Source of the DNA: Octopus sinensis
Taxonomy: Eukaryota
Direction of reading: 5' to 3'
DNA length: 64,000 nt
Assembly (NCBI RefSeq): GCF_006345805.1
Contig: NC_043019.1
Span: 1,550,001 to 1,614,000, forward strand
Each line of letters begins with the position of its first letter. The stretch's first letter is position 1. The translations under genes and the position numbers were made by a program. The notes under the pieces are model-generated. The model did not search any database, was not told the DNA's origin, and saw nothing but the letters and a program-made list of their open reading frames with translations. Below, piece after piece: positions 38,830 through 52,889 of this stretch.

Positions 38830-39715
38830 CATACATCATCTCATTTTTCTGAATCTTCAGACTTTTCAATATGATAGACCCCTGGTTTTAAAGTGATATT
38901 AATCAAAATAATAATATATATCTACAGAGAGAGAGATAGGCATACTGTTAAAAAAATTCAGGATAATGTTGCGTTCCGCTGCTGAATAAGTGTAAAAATA
39001 TATATAGTAAATGCACAAACAAAAATTAAACAACGTAGATTGCACAAACGGACGGAAGGTAGGCTTAAATGGTCCCTAATTCTTTATCAGTTATCAACCA
39101 GATGGTATTATTCAGTTTCGCACCATTAGCGACAGGCATATCATCTTTAAGCTTCATGCTGTCAACACGTCAAATGTAAAATTCTTCCCTGAAGATAGAG
39201 GCTGGTATCATCTGATGATGGAATCAATTTACAATTATTATTTTGGATCCCTGTAATTCTTGACATAATTTCTATTCTGTGGAAGTCAGAACATTTTTTA
39301 TCCATAAACATGTACATTTTTTGTATTACATATATTTAATATTCTTTGTATATCAAATTACCTGACTTGCTTCTCCTTACATTTATTCTTATACCTGCTC
39401 ACGTTTAAATATTTGGAGCACTACGAAGTGTAGATAATTATTTTTAATGTTTATTCGCACATACAGCAACCCCAGTTGCTAATCCTGAATGACAAAATAA
39501 TTTTTTTAAGTTATTGTATTTCAATACGAAAAACATTCACAACCTTTTGCGCCAATAAACCACTATTGTTCCTGAAAGTTGTTTTCTATAGCTTCTACGG
39601 ACTTTTTGAAGCTTACTAACTTCCTACACCTTGATCCTTGATCTTACCTTTACACACACAAACATAGACACACACCACACACACACACACATACACACAC
39701 ACACACACACATATA

Positions 39716-39771
<56 letters not shown>

Positions 39772-39780
<9 letters not shown>

Positions 39781-40079
39781 GTGTATATTCATATTCAAAA
39801 GAGGGGACCCTAAACAGAACACCTTACATGCTAAAAGAAATAGCCGAAGTCCAAACCACTGTTAAGAGTAATTTCGAAGGGGATGGAAAAGAGAAAAATT
39901 TTTCAATAGTTACCACTTGTACCTAGGTTTCCAGAATTTATTAATACATAACGTAATTTGTACATCCCCTTCGAACTTACTCTTAACCGTGATTTGGACT
40001 TTGATTGTTCCTATTATCATGTAAGGTGTCCTGTTCAGGGTCACCTTTTTTTTGTGTATGAATGCGCACTAATTTTATA
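39772..40079. mobile_element. Diverged MITE with ~110-bp TIRs
   Basis: TATAAAATTAGTG..GGACCCTAAACAGAACACCTTACATG..TTAAGAGTAATTTCGAAGGGGATG mirrors CATCCCCTTCGAACTTACTCTTAA..CATGTAAGGTGTCCTGTTCAGGGTC..CACTAATTTTATA. Confidence 0.8.
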
Positions 40080-41374
40080 TGAAAAATATGGTGTCTATTG
40101 ACTGATTTATGCATGCTTACCCACTGGTAGAATATAGAACATTTTTCTACTCTCTCTACCCTATAATATATTTTCTTAATATATGTTTGTGTGTAAGTGT
40201 GTGTCTGTGTGTTGTGTGTTTTCTGTCGTTAGATTGTAGGAATTCGCTACCCTGCTCACAGTGTTTAAAGCTACAACAATGGCACATTGCGTCAAATGCT
40301 TACGAAAAGTAAATCATCTAGTTTCAAAAATGTTCGACGTAAAATATTTTTGACTTTTACAGAGAACATGTATGGACGACGTGTATCTGATGTTAGAAGG
40401 ATGATCAAACAAGAAGGCAGAATACAAAGTTAAAAAGGATTTGACTGTTAAAAATGTGATAATGCGACTCACTGCATGATTATTTTGGCAGGATGCATGA
40501 ATGGCCGAAAATTTCTGAATTTCGCGATGTTTAAAAGAAAAACATTACATAAAGTGAACATACAGAACGGACGACGACAAACGTTGGATGAATATTGTAG
40601 GGACGAAACTATGGATTAGGTGTGTTGATAAGCAATTAAAGGAAATTGCTTCATAATTATGGGAGCAGTTTGGGAGGTGGGAATCAAAGACTGCAATTTG
40701 GAACTGATCTATTTCGTGGGTCGCAGAACTGACACATAATAATAAAGATTCCAATATGATGAACGGTAAATCGCATTGTAAAGGTCATAACCAAATACCG
40801 CTAAATATTGGTTTCAAATTTGGACACAAGATCAACAATATCGGGAGGAGGTCAGTTGTTAACCTCGACCCCTGTGGTCAACGGGTGCTTACGGTAAAGA
40901 TTGAAATACCGCGACATATTGAAACCTACTTGTGTCCTCCCCATTTTCTGACGCCTCGCCTTGTGTATGTCTCTTCCTGCATGCATCTGTGTAGGTCTAT
41001 ACACATACACAAGATTTGCCGCAGTATAAGATGCATCACAAGTTTTCAGGGACAGTTTGTTGATAAGTATAAAGAAGTTTTTTGTGTGTTTCATCGTAAA
41101 TCTCGTGAAAGTAATTTTAGAGTTGGTTTTCTAAATAAAATGTATACTAAAGTAAATGACATAATGATATAATGTTATTACACTAAGCTTAAAAGTAAAA
41201 TAGATTTTCTATAAATGAATTGAAATACCGTATATTTTTGTATCAGTGAAATCTGATAGATGTAGACATAAATAAACCATTAAAGACTAATGCAAAGCAA
41301 GAAGCATTGAACAGTAGAGTATGAATGAATTCATATAAATACACTACAAGCTGATAAATATCTCATTAGTATTG

Positions 41375-42695
41375 GTTTCAAATTTTGGCACAATGCCAGC
41401 AAGTTTTGGGGACGCATGTAAATCGATTACATTGGTCCCAGTCGTCAATTGATAATTATTTTATCGACCTCAAAAGTATGAAAGAAAATATCTCATTAAT
41501 ATTAGAAGTCAGCCTAAGGTGGCTAGCTGGGTTAATTCTTTGCACGCCTGGCGAAGTATTTAGCGGTATTTTGACCGTCATCACGTTCGGAGTTCAAAGG
41601 TTGACTTTGCCTTTAGGGGCCGATAAAGTAAGTCCTAGTCGACTATTAAGGTAGTCGATGTAATCGTCTTACCCGCTGCCCTGAAATTTCTGGCCTTGTA
41701 CTAAAATTTGAAACCAATATTGGAAGTCTGTAAACAGCCTGGTTGAATCGTTAGTACGCTAGGCACGATACTTAGTGCAAATTTCCTCCGTCTTAACGTT
41801 CGGAGTTCAAATTTCGTCGAGGTTGATTTTGCCTTTCGTTCATTTGGGATTGATAAAGTATCAACAATTTTAGCACAAGGTTCACTGTAATCGACTTATA
41901 CACTCCCCAAAAAATGTTAGCTTCGTACCAAAATTTCAATTCAATATTACTCGCTGGGCGTGCGGGCACAATGCTTTGCGGCATTTCGTTCGCTTTTAAT
42001 TCCTGAGATCAAATTCCGCGGAGGTTGACTTTGCTTTCATCTTTACAGGACCGATAAAACAAGTATCCTTTGAGCGTTGGATTCGATGTAATCAGCTTCC
42101 CCAATCCTCCAAATTTGCTAGCCTTATACCAAAACTTGAAAGAAATATTAATAGACAGTATACTACAAGAAATTATTCAAAGGACTCGGACACTTTCGGT
42201 TGCTGACAAAGATTTGGAAATTTAAAAATTAAATGTAAACTTTCAAATTTGTAAATTGATAGCATTTTACACGCTGGTTCCTAATTTGGAAATCATTTAC
42301 TCCAGATGATTTTTTTCCTAATGTTACAGAATTTCAAATTTAGTACGTTTTTAGAAAATCAGAAAACAGGAATTGGGATCTGGCAAGTTCTGTAGCGAAA
42401 TGATTCCCGTCATACCTTGTAGTGGTGGCTGAGGTGGTGAAAGAGATGCAGTGGTACGCGTACAACTCGTTGTTATATTCATTTCTACTCTATGCACAAG
42501 GCCCAACATTTTTGGGAGAAGATAAATGCGCTTAGGTCGATCCAAGTACGCAAATGGCACTTAATTTATCGACCCCGAAAGGATGAAATGCAAAGTCGAC
42601 CTCGACGGAATTTGAACTCAGAACCTAACGTCAGACAAAATACGGCTACGCATTTCGCCCGGCGTGCAAAGGTTTCTGCCAACTCGCCGCCTTAC
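41375..42695. mobile_element. Cluster of about five SINE family C copies or fragments in both orientations
   Basis: Repeated GAGTTCAAAT..GAGGTTGACTTTGCCTTT..GATAAA..CGATGTAATC motifs at ~41380, 41515, 41745, 41960 and 42480; the last (minus strand) is the best preserved. Confidence 0.75.
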
Positions 42696-43527
42696 GCGTT
42701 GTTATAATATAAATAGGTTAGTCCACAACTTTGCTTGTTACTATGGAAACAGACACCTGAGTGAGACTTACCGTCATGTGTATAATAGTGGCTTTACAGT
42801 GGATAAAGCGAATGAAACTTGTAAAATTTAAAAGCCATTAATTTATTTTTTATTGATTTATTTCAAACAAGTTTTTATCAACTTTTGACGAAAAATGTAT
42901 TTTTATGGTTCGCATACAAAACAAAATCAGTGTAACCAAATTTGAAAAGAAAATGGAACATGACTGAAACAAAAAAGGGAAATCTGTAACAAAGTTCTTA
43001 AATTATATTCTTAAAATTATAAGAACATAAATTTACATGAGTAGAATTTAATATTATTTAGTGTTAGCCTGGTGAAGGTTAAGGATATTTTTCTGAATAA
43101 ATTATTGTATAAATAGTAGATAATGGAGTTTCTTTAAGGAAATCTCTTTTACTCTTTCCTCTTTTATTTGTTTCAGTCACCTGACTGCGACCATGCTGGA
43201 ACACCACCTTTAGTCGAACAAAATTATTTAGCAAGTTTGAGCCAGTAAGTGGAATGCAATCAGGTTTAGTCCACCGTAAAAGTTCGAAGTCGCCGCAAGC
43301 TTTCATGGATAACTTTCACAAATAACAGAAACTTAAAGTTATTCCTGAATGCATAGTACAGACCTCTTGATCAAACGATATATCTTCAAATATCCGTTCA
43401 CATAAACGCACAAGAATAAACACACACACATACACATACATATACATAAACACACACGCATACACACGCATAAACATACGTACATAAACATACACACATA
43501 AACATATACACGTAAACACACATAGGA

Positions 43528-43907
43528 GGAAGCACTCCGTCGGTTACGACGACGAGGGTCCCGGTTGATCCGATCAACGGAACAGCCTGCTCGTGAAATT
43601 AACGTGTAAGTGGCTGAGCACTCCACAGCCACGTGTACCCTTAACGCAGTTCTCGGGGATATTCAGCGTGACACAGAGAGTGACAAGGCCGGCCCTTTGA
43701 AATACAGGTACAACAGAAACAGGAAGCAAGAGTGAGAGAAAGTTGTGGTAAAAGAGTACAGCAGGGATCACCACCACCCCCTGCCGGAGCTTCGTGGAGC
43801 TTTAGGTGTTTTCGCTCGATAAACACTCATAACGCCCGGTCTGGGAATCGAAACCGCGATCCTACGACCGCGAGTCCGCTGCCAAACCACTGGGCCATTG
43901 CGCCTCC
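43528..43907 (-). mobile_element. SINE family B (full length)
   Basis: Inverted near-identical copy of 6567-6950. Confidence 0.9.
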
Positions 43908-46053
43908 ACACACGTAAACATACACATACTCACAGTGACCACACTGTCAACCAGTCTGATCGAGTTCTAACACTATCATAACATTATATCGAGGCGTATC
44001 ACTTCGACGAACGGCTTCAGCTGGTCCCAATCAGCCTCGTGGACTAATAATGCTCAGAGGCAAATCCCAGTGGGCTGAGATGATTCATTTTTACAATACA
44101 CAGTTAATGAAATGCAAGATCATTAAATTATTTACAGAGTGTCTTATATTTCGAACAAGTAATATTGAATCAGACAAATTGCCTAAGGCTAAGATATCAG
44201 AAAAGTATCCCTTTTTATAAAATTCATTTAACGAAGAAATTGTTCTTTTCCCTACATTCCCAATTAATTTCATTTGTTAAAATACTCGTTCGGTCATCAC
44301 TGCTTAGGCGTCCGTAAAGTATTAGTAACGAAATTTGGTAGCCGCAGTTGCATTGATTTTCCAAAGGAAGACGAAACTGCTGCACACGATATGAGATTAG
44401 GAATTAACCACAGAGATTTAATGTAAATGATGTTAGAAATTCTAAGCAATGATTTGAGATAGAAATAGAAGCAGGCTCTTTCATGTCTCAAAATGTATAA
44501 GAGCTTAGAGAAATTACAGTAACATAGCCGAAAGTTATTTACTAAGCCATAATGAGTCGCTTGGCTTTATAGCCATAAAAGTGGCGCCTGTGGGTGTCTA
44601 TATGATAAGACAGTTATATGATGTATCGTTAAAAGTCGAAATTGATTTCTTAATGAATCATTCAAAGTAATTTTTTTAAAGTTTCTAAAGAACGATATCT
44701 ACACAGCCTTCATCAGTGTAATTACGATGAAGTTATCATAGTGAAATTTGAACATAATATCTATATACCTACATTCATTCGTCATTTCACTTAACGTAAC
44801 AGAATTATTTCTTTTAAGATTTCCCCACACAAATTACTATTTGTTAATTGCGCTATTCAGACGTGTCGGTTGAATGTCGGTTTTTATTATATCTATGAGC
44901 GCTTCATTCGATTAAGCTTCCATTACTAACGGAAGTTTCATTTCATTATATTTTTATAATTCATGCATTATAATTTTAACATAAAACAAACCAAAACTTA
45001 TATAATGAATAAGTTTTGTCAGAACTTGAAAAAATTACTTATCAGCGACCAGAGAAAATAAGTTGAATAGAAAAGAAGAATGTGTGACTTGCGAAAATAC
45101 TACATAATTTTCAAATGATTAAGACTCCATTCATCTGTTTTGAAATTACTTTTTCTTAGCCTGAATGCTACAATTATCATTAATCATTTTTAAATATTAC
45201 ACAGAATAAGATTTAGAACAAATGATCCAGCACTATTTATCATCGAATAGTAACGAAAATAATTTTTTTTACCTTTTATCTTCGTAATTGCAAGATGGCC
45301 ATAAGAGCGATAATATTTTCAAAAAGAAAATCTTAGTTATTCATCTGCACAAAATATAATGCACACACCTAGACACACAAACAAGCATACACACACACGC
45401 GCGTACAAGCACACAGTAACACGCGTATGTTAGCTCACGTATATATGAGTAGTGTTATTTATGCGTATATGCATGCATACTTATTTATGTGTATGTGCGT
45501 GCGCATCATCATGTGTATGTGTGTAGAAGCATTTAGTACGTAGGTGTGCACATAATCAGTCAGATCGATTCTTTATCCTAACCCTGGAGAAAATAAACAG
45601 TAGTTGCAGCCAAACATGGTTCTTACAAATTGCACAGTCGCCAAAGATTTACAATTATATCCCTAGCTTTTCCGTCCCCCATCGCCCATAAAACGTAGTA
45701 CAGAAATTTTTGAAGCTAATTAACACACATCATGAGAACCTCAGGCAAATTAAGTAGTAACCACGTTTGTGCATGTGTATATAGAATTAAATTAATATTT
45801 TCGTTTGGGAAAGGAATTAAGAAAGCGATCTTTAGGGAGACGATAAAACGCAACAGAATTAATCTGATCTATCTGACATTTTAATAAACAGTAAAACACA
45901 AAAACAAGCGTTGTGTCGAAACCTCTGCTGTGTTTTACAACACAATCTATGTTGTATGTTTAGAAAAATATATACCCCTGTAAGCTTACAATGTTACAAT
46001 GCCTTTTAATAGCACTGGATGGAGTATTTTAATCTCCGTCTGTCTTCTTCATT

Positions 46054-46094
<41 letters not shown>

Positions 46095-46319
46095 TTATAT
46101 GTGTGTGTGTTTATTTCGGCTGGCCTCGATATATATTGCATTTTTAGACATAGTACGGATATACGACTTAAAGGATATCACAGGAAAGTTGCCATGCGAC
46201 GTATTTAGATATAGTATAATATACAAATGTCTCTTTTAATCTAATACTACTTCTGTTGTAAAAAACGGAGTTGTACACACACACACACACACACACACCA
46301 CACACACACACACATATAT

Positions 46320-46350
<31 letters not shown>

Positions 46351-47629
46351 TACATATATATATATACTTATTTATATGTATCCATAGTATATATATGTAG
46401 ATGTACATATGTATATATATATATATATATGTATATATATGAATACATATATGTAAATATATATATATATATGAATATATATATATATATGTATATATAT
46501 ATGTATATATATGCATATATGCGCGTGTATATGCATATATACATACTATATATATATTATATATGATATATATGTATGTATTTATATGAAGTTTCGAATG
46601 GAAAGAGGTTGCTCTTTCACAAGAATTTATTTTATCCAAGTGTACACCGATTTAGTTCCCAATCAATTAATATATTTAGAATTCGTGAATTTCTCTTAGT
46701 ATTAGTGTTAACATTAATGAGGTCCAAGTTGTCGTTTCCATCCATACGATATAGCAAAACAGAATTTTAATAATATAAGCAAATATGGTGGGTTTGAACG
46801 CAGAAAAAATCAATTTATTTGTATACTATTTAATTTCATTTCACCTTTGTACGTTTCAATTTCCTACCTTCGTTCGTATTTTACAATTAATTTAGCATTA
46901 TGCATTTAAAAGGAAGAATCACTTCAGAGCAAACATTGACAAAACTTCGTTCACTTTTTAATGGATGAAGATTTCTTTATTGACTGAAATAGCAAGAAGC
47001 GACTGTGTGTTTGTGTTTGACAGCATCTGTGTCTTTTGTATTCCTTTCTTAAAATATCTTGAGGTTAAACTACGACCACAGTGGACAATGGCTAGTTGTA
47101 GTTCTGAGGAACTTGGTCATGCTACCATTTCCCTTAATGGAATTTAGAGCAGTTTTATAAAGGCTGTCTACCACTCCTTTCTCTAGTGACTGGTGAAAGG
47201 AATAAAAATAAAATATATACGGTATTAGCAAGAATCCAGATCAATATATTTATGTAATTTCTACTTTGTATTATACAAGAGGTCCCTACGAAGTACTTAT
47301 AGGTTAAAAGATAGAAAACATTCACATATAACGAATGTAGGCTTGTCAAACCAGGACTGAAGGCATCAACCATTTTAATGCTATGAAAGAATGCCTTTCA
47401 GATGGTATCTTCTCATGGGGCATGAGGTTTGACCAGAAGAGCCTGGAAAAGGATAACAAAAGTGAATACTTCTACAGAGGAAGTTGACTATATTGAGAAC
47501 GATGGATAAAAAAGAATACTGTTGGAGTTTAACAAACAGCTACTAAGTTAATATACAACCGTACAGATATTGTTGTGTGAGACCACGGTTTTATACATAT
47601 TATTAATTATAAAGCAATAGGATATGTGT

Positions 47630-47866
47630 GGAGGCACATGGCCTTGTGGTTAGAGCAGCGGACTTGCAGTCGAGGGATCGCGGGTTCGAATCTCAGACCG
47701 GGCGGCGTGTGTGTTTATGAGCGAAACACCTAAGCTCCACGCGGCTCCGGCAGAAGGTAATGGCGAACCTCTGCTGACTCTTTCGCCTCAACTTGCTCTC
47801 CCTCTTTCATCCTGCATCTTGCAGCTCACCTGCGATGGGCCGGCGTCCCGTCCAGGTGGGAAACCG
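47630..47866 (+). mobile_element. SINE family B variant with a different 3' module
   Basis: Same tRNA head (GGAGGCACATGGCCTTGTGGTTAG..GGTTCGAATCTC) but continues CCTGCGATGGGCCGGCGTCCCGTCCAGG. Confidence 0.8.
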
Positions 47867-48039
47867 GCATTTATGAGTCAGGCATGGCTCGGGAAGGAAC
47901 AAACAACAATAGGATATGTAACAACCTGTGTTATTCGATCTTGTATTATTCGGGAGAGCATGCAACTCCTTACGTCATGCACCAGAAATGATTCTGATGT
48001 CAGGGACTAAAAGTTTGAAAGATCATAAGATTTATAGGA

Positions 48040-49985
48040 TAGTGAATATAACAAGATGCTTTCCGTCACAACTTTGGTAATATGCAAGTGGCCGATCAAC
48101 ATTAATTATAGATTAAAAGGAAAAAGAGAACATACATACATACATACAAAAATACACGCATGCATTCATATATACATATAGTAAAAATATGCAAGACTTT
48201 TCTCAAGTTACAAATGTGAATTTGCCTGAGGTAACTACATCCCAAAGATGGAGCCTTGTATCTTTGTTGAAAACCGCCTCCCTCCTCAGTGGAAGATTTA
48301 CAATAATAAAAAAAATACAAGATACATACATACATACATGCATGCATACATACATAATACATACATACATGCATATATGCATGAATAGATATATACAGCT
48401 GACTGGAAAACTACAGATTAAAGCTATCACTGGAACTATAAAACTCTGTAAAACTTTCCAGCGGTTATCATTTAATATGAACATGTCTAGCTATGCAAGT
48501 ATATTCATATATAATATGTTTTGTATTCATAATACAAAACATACAACACAGCACATATACATACATGTATACATACGTACAAAATACCCTGTTGCTGATG
48601 TTGAGATTCCAATGAAGGCGCATTGGATGTATGTTAGAAACTGATCCTTTCTCTATTGGCACGAAATCTTAAAATAAAACTGAATAATGACATACATACA
48701 TACATACGTACAACACAAGGAATACCGGTGAAACATTGCTATCAAAACATGTGAGAGGCGTATATTGTCGAATAGGACAGACAACTAAAAGTATTTCCTA
48801 TTAGAGGTCACTTTTCCTGTTCATCTCAATGTCGTTTTGGTGACCAAAGAGAAAGAGAACAACCATGGACCTCGAAACCTCCAGCTCCTATACACGGAGG
48901 CTAAATTTACATTTAAAACAATAATTGGTGTCCATAGTTTTGTGAGTATACGTCTAACTGACAACTTGGATAAGCTACAACTTTCAGAAGAAAATCAACC
49001 AACTAACTCACAAGTTACAAATGCAATCTGTCAGTAGAACAGTAAAAATATGGTAAACTTTTCTCAAGTTTAGAATTTGACATTGGATGTGTTATGTATA
49101 TTACACAGATACAGCTTTGTATCTTTGTTAGATATCAGTCCCATCCTCGGAGGAAGGATAGAAATAATTCAAATCCGAAGGGAATATACATACATATAAC
49201 ACTTCATCATATCGCATTTCAAGGGATAGGGTCTGCGTTTGCAATATGAGAACAGGAGATTGCTACCAAAATAGATAGAAAATCAATGAGATAGTGAAGA
49301 ATTCGTAGACCCAGGAGGCCGCCGAAAATGTAGATTATATAGCATTTTCGTTGAAAACATCACACTTGCAATTAGCAGCTTTCACAGAATGTCATCAAAA
49401 TATTGCTACTCAGACAATGTACGGTGTAATTCGAAAGACAACGACCGGGCTGGAATAAATAAAGGGATTCGCCCTGTTGTTGAATATATGCACAAACACC
49501 GAAACTGAATGCTGCTGGAACATTCCCATGAAAACTTCAATCGAGTGTAAAGGCAACACACCGGATATTGTTGCTTGGAATAGACAAACAAATGTATGTA
49601 CCATCATAGAGTTGAGCTTCCCTATTGTTGCAAATACCTTTTGGAAAACAAAGGGAAAAAGAATAACAAAGGACAACCGCTTTGTAACATTAAATGTGTA
49701 TATCCAAATTATAAATTCTCATTTATAGCAAAATATTTGATACACTGTCTCAATAATTATCTGGATATGCTGGAACTATCACAAAAAATTTTAAGTAGTT
49801 AATTTGCACATTAAAAATTCAATTTGTAAGTGGAACAATAAAAATGTACAAGACATTTCTCAAGTTAGAAATGTGAATTTGCTTTCGTTATCTACACTCC
49901 AACAATGGAGTTTCGTATCTTTTTTCTCAGAAACCAGCTTCTTCTTTACAGGAAGATTTCAAATAATTAAAAACTAGAAAATACT
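48040..49985 (+). pseudogene. Cluster of 3'-end fragments of RLE-type non-LTR retrotransposons separated by (CATA)n
   Basis: 49477-49870 gives ECCWNIPMKTSIECKGNTPDIVAWNRQTNVCTIIELSFP..GTIKMYKTFLK (PD..E..K-type nuclease). The same C-terminal motif recurs at ~49000-49070 (KLQMQSVSRTVKIW*TFLKF), ~48410-48460 (KLQIKAITGTIKLCKTFQ) and ~48190 (CKTFLK). Confidence 0.75.
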
Positions 49986-50606
49986 ATCTATCCATATATA
50001 CACAAATAATTAAAAACTAGAAAATACTATCTATCCATATATACACACACATACCTTTATACATACACACACACTTATAGTTTCACCAGTTTATACTATA
50101 CACATTCAGCCAAAGTTAAGAATTATACTTTTTCCTTCAATTCTCAGATAACGATGATAATCTCCTTAGGATTAACAATTTTATTTTTATGTGCAGTAAT
50201 GTTATTTGCCAATAACCAATATCGTTAAGTTATATATGAGATCCCCAACGAAATACAGCAAGTAATGGCAGCGGTTGCGTCTGCGCTAAAAGCGATCCAA
50301 ATTATAGAGCCAAAAGATAACCAGTTCTGTAGAGCAGAACATATACACCCACATGTATACATGCACAACATACATATATTATTTATATATTCTTTTATTT
50401 TTTTTCTGTGTTTCAGTCATTTGTCTGGGGCCATGCTGGAGCATTGCCTTTAGTCGAAGAAATCGACACCCAAGACTTATTCTTTCTAAGCATAATGCTT
50501 GTTCCATCGGTGTCTTTTGTCAAACCGCTATGTTACGGTGACACAAACACACCAGCATCGGTTGTCAAGCGATGGTAGTGGAACAAACGCAGACACACAA
50601 ACATAT

Positions 50607-50663
<57 letters not shown>

Positions 50664-50689
50664 ATATATACCATAAATAATGAGGTTTT

Positions 50690-52125
50690 TTATACGTCTT
50701 TTATTCCTCAAAATTATAAAAAACGAATTTCTGTTTTAACCTACAATGTACTCTGCTCTATTTACTACAATGCTCTTCCATCTATCGGGTAGAGTTGCTT
50801 GCCAGACCCCTCTTCTAAATCTCACTTGGCCGTGAAAATTTCTCATCCAGTACTGTTCTCACCTCGTCTACAGAAGTCATATCTTCTCCGTCCTGATGAT
50901 TTTGAAAACTACGAAATAAATGATAATGAGATGGGACAATGTCCGACGAATGTGGTGCGTGGGCCATCGTTTCCCATTCAAATTTCTTCAGCCTTTGGAA
51001 TGTCATCCTCGTTGTATCTGGGCGAGCATTATCCTGATGGAGGAACACCTTTGGTCTTTAAACCAGAGATGATTGTTGTTCTTCTAGCGCTGCGTTAAGC
51101 CGCTCAAGCTTCTCGCATCAGATCTCCTTTGTTATCGTTTGTCTTGGGTTTAAAGGTTTAACGTGGACTGAACCTTTCATATCCCACCAAACAGGTAACA
51201 AAACTTTACGTTTGTGAATACCTTCTCTAGCCTGGGATGTCGCTGTTTCTCTTTCCCTACTCACTGTCTTCGGCGCTTTTATAGATGGTGGAGTTGACAC
51301 GGACACATAAACACGCACGCACACATGCACACACATATACATATGGGCTTCTTTCAGTTTCCATCTATCAAATCCAATCAAAAGGATTTGGTCAGCCCGA
51401 GGATATAATAGAAGTCACTTGCCCAAGCGGAATCTCAATGGGACTGACCCCGAAACCATGTGGTTGAAATGCCACCTGTCTTCTGTTTTTATAGAGGACC
51501 CATTTCTCGTTCCGTCATAAAAGGTTCGTAACACGTGGCACCAAAGAGGAGCACACATTCACTTACTGTGCGCTTTTAGACTCGGAAAGTTTGTTAGAAA
51601 CCCGTTGACCCAAATGATTGGCTTTTCCGATAGCACGCAGGTGTCGATGAATAGTTGGATGACCAAATCTAAGCTTATCTGCTAGTTCCTCAACAATTAT
51701 GATGGGATTTTTTCCCACCAATGTTCGCAGGACGCACTCGTCATGCTCTACAGATCTTCCAGGACGAGGCTTGTCTTCTGGGCTGTAGTTTTCGACAGGA
51801 AATTTCTGGAAACCGCCGTTGGAACTGGCTTACGCTTAATGTCCGATCCTTGGCGGCGAGCTGGCAGAATCGTTAGCACGCCGGTCGGAATGCTTAGCGG
51901 TATTTCGGCTGCCGCTACGTTTTGAGTTCACATTCCGCCGAGGTCGACTTTACCGTTCATCCCTTCGGGGTCGATAAATTAAGTACCAGTTACGCACTGG
52001 GATCGATGTAATAGACTTAATCCGTTTGTCTGTCCTTGTTTGTCCCCTCTATGTTTAGCCCCTTGTGGGAAATAAAGAAATATATTGTCCGATCCCCATT
52101 TACTGCATTAATATTCGTCGCACTT
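50690..52125 (-). pseudogene. Mariner (DD34D-type) transposase relic interrupted by two SINEs
   Basis: NINAVNGDRTLSVSQF, EDKPRPGRSVEHD..VEELADKL..TIHRHLRAIGK, EKWVLY, KVLLPVWWDMKG, HQDNARP, APHSSDIVPSHYHLFRS, LPDRWKSIV. Confidence 0.88.
51852..52082 (+). mobile_element. SINE family C with 10-bp target-site duplication
   Basis: TGTCCGATCC at 51840-51849 and 52086-52095; inserted inside the mariner ORF. Confidence 0.88.
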
Positions 52126-52128
52126 ACC

Positions 52129-52340
52129 CCGAAAATAATTACCATTCTCCAAAATTAAAGAGTTAAGCAAAGCTTCCATAGGGAAGATATGTATTATTTA
52201 AATGTTCTTTTGTTAATAAGAAAATAAAACAATTAGATTTATGTCTATGCTGAAAGGAATTTCTCCACAGAATACTTTTTTAATACACTTGTCACTTTTT
52301 ATGTCCTTGGTCGAAGTGATAAAACTATCTTTTCCTCCAA

Positions 52341-52371
<31 letters not shown>

Positions 52372-52853
52372 CTTCTTCCCTCTTCCCCTCGCTTTGCCCT
52401 CTTTCCCTCTCTGTTAATGCAAACATGCCCAAGCAAAAATACTTTCCGTTGCGTTGTTGCCTTTATTTAACTCATAAAGCAAAATATGCCGAATATACTC
52501 CTTTGTCCCCTCTATTATTGCCTTGAAGAAGTAACTACTAAAATCAAACTGCACGCTTCGTAAGTTGCACTAAGGATAAGAACATGGTAAAATTACTAAC
52601 TGCTTTTATAGTTTATCTCGTCCACCTCCGACTTTTAGTTGATGCAACTAAAAAATCCGCATTATTTAGGAGATGACCCAATATATAGCGTGGCTATGTG
52701 GTAAGAAGCGGCATTCCAACCACATGGTTCCGGGTTCAGTCCCACTGCATGGCAACTTAAGCAACTGTCTTCTACTATAGCCTCGGACTGACCAAAGCCT
52801 TATGAGTGAATTTGGTAGATGGAAACTGAAAGAATCCTGTCGTATATGTATGC

Positions 52854-52889
<36 letters not shown>

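Noticed and set aside
44091-44491. Short protein-looking ORFs (60-64 aa) on the minus strand
   Set aside because: No recognisable motif or coherent splice signals; within chance expectation.
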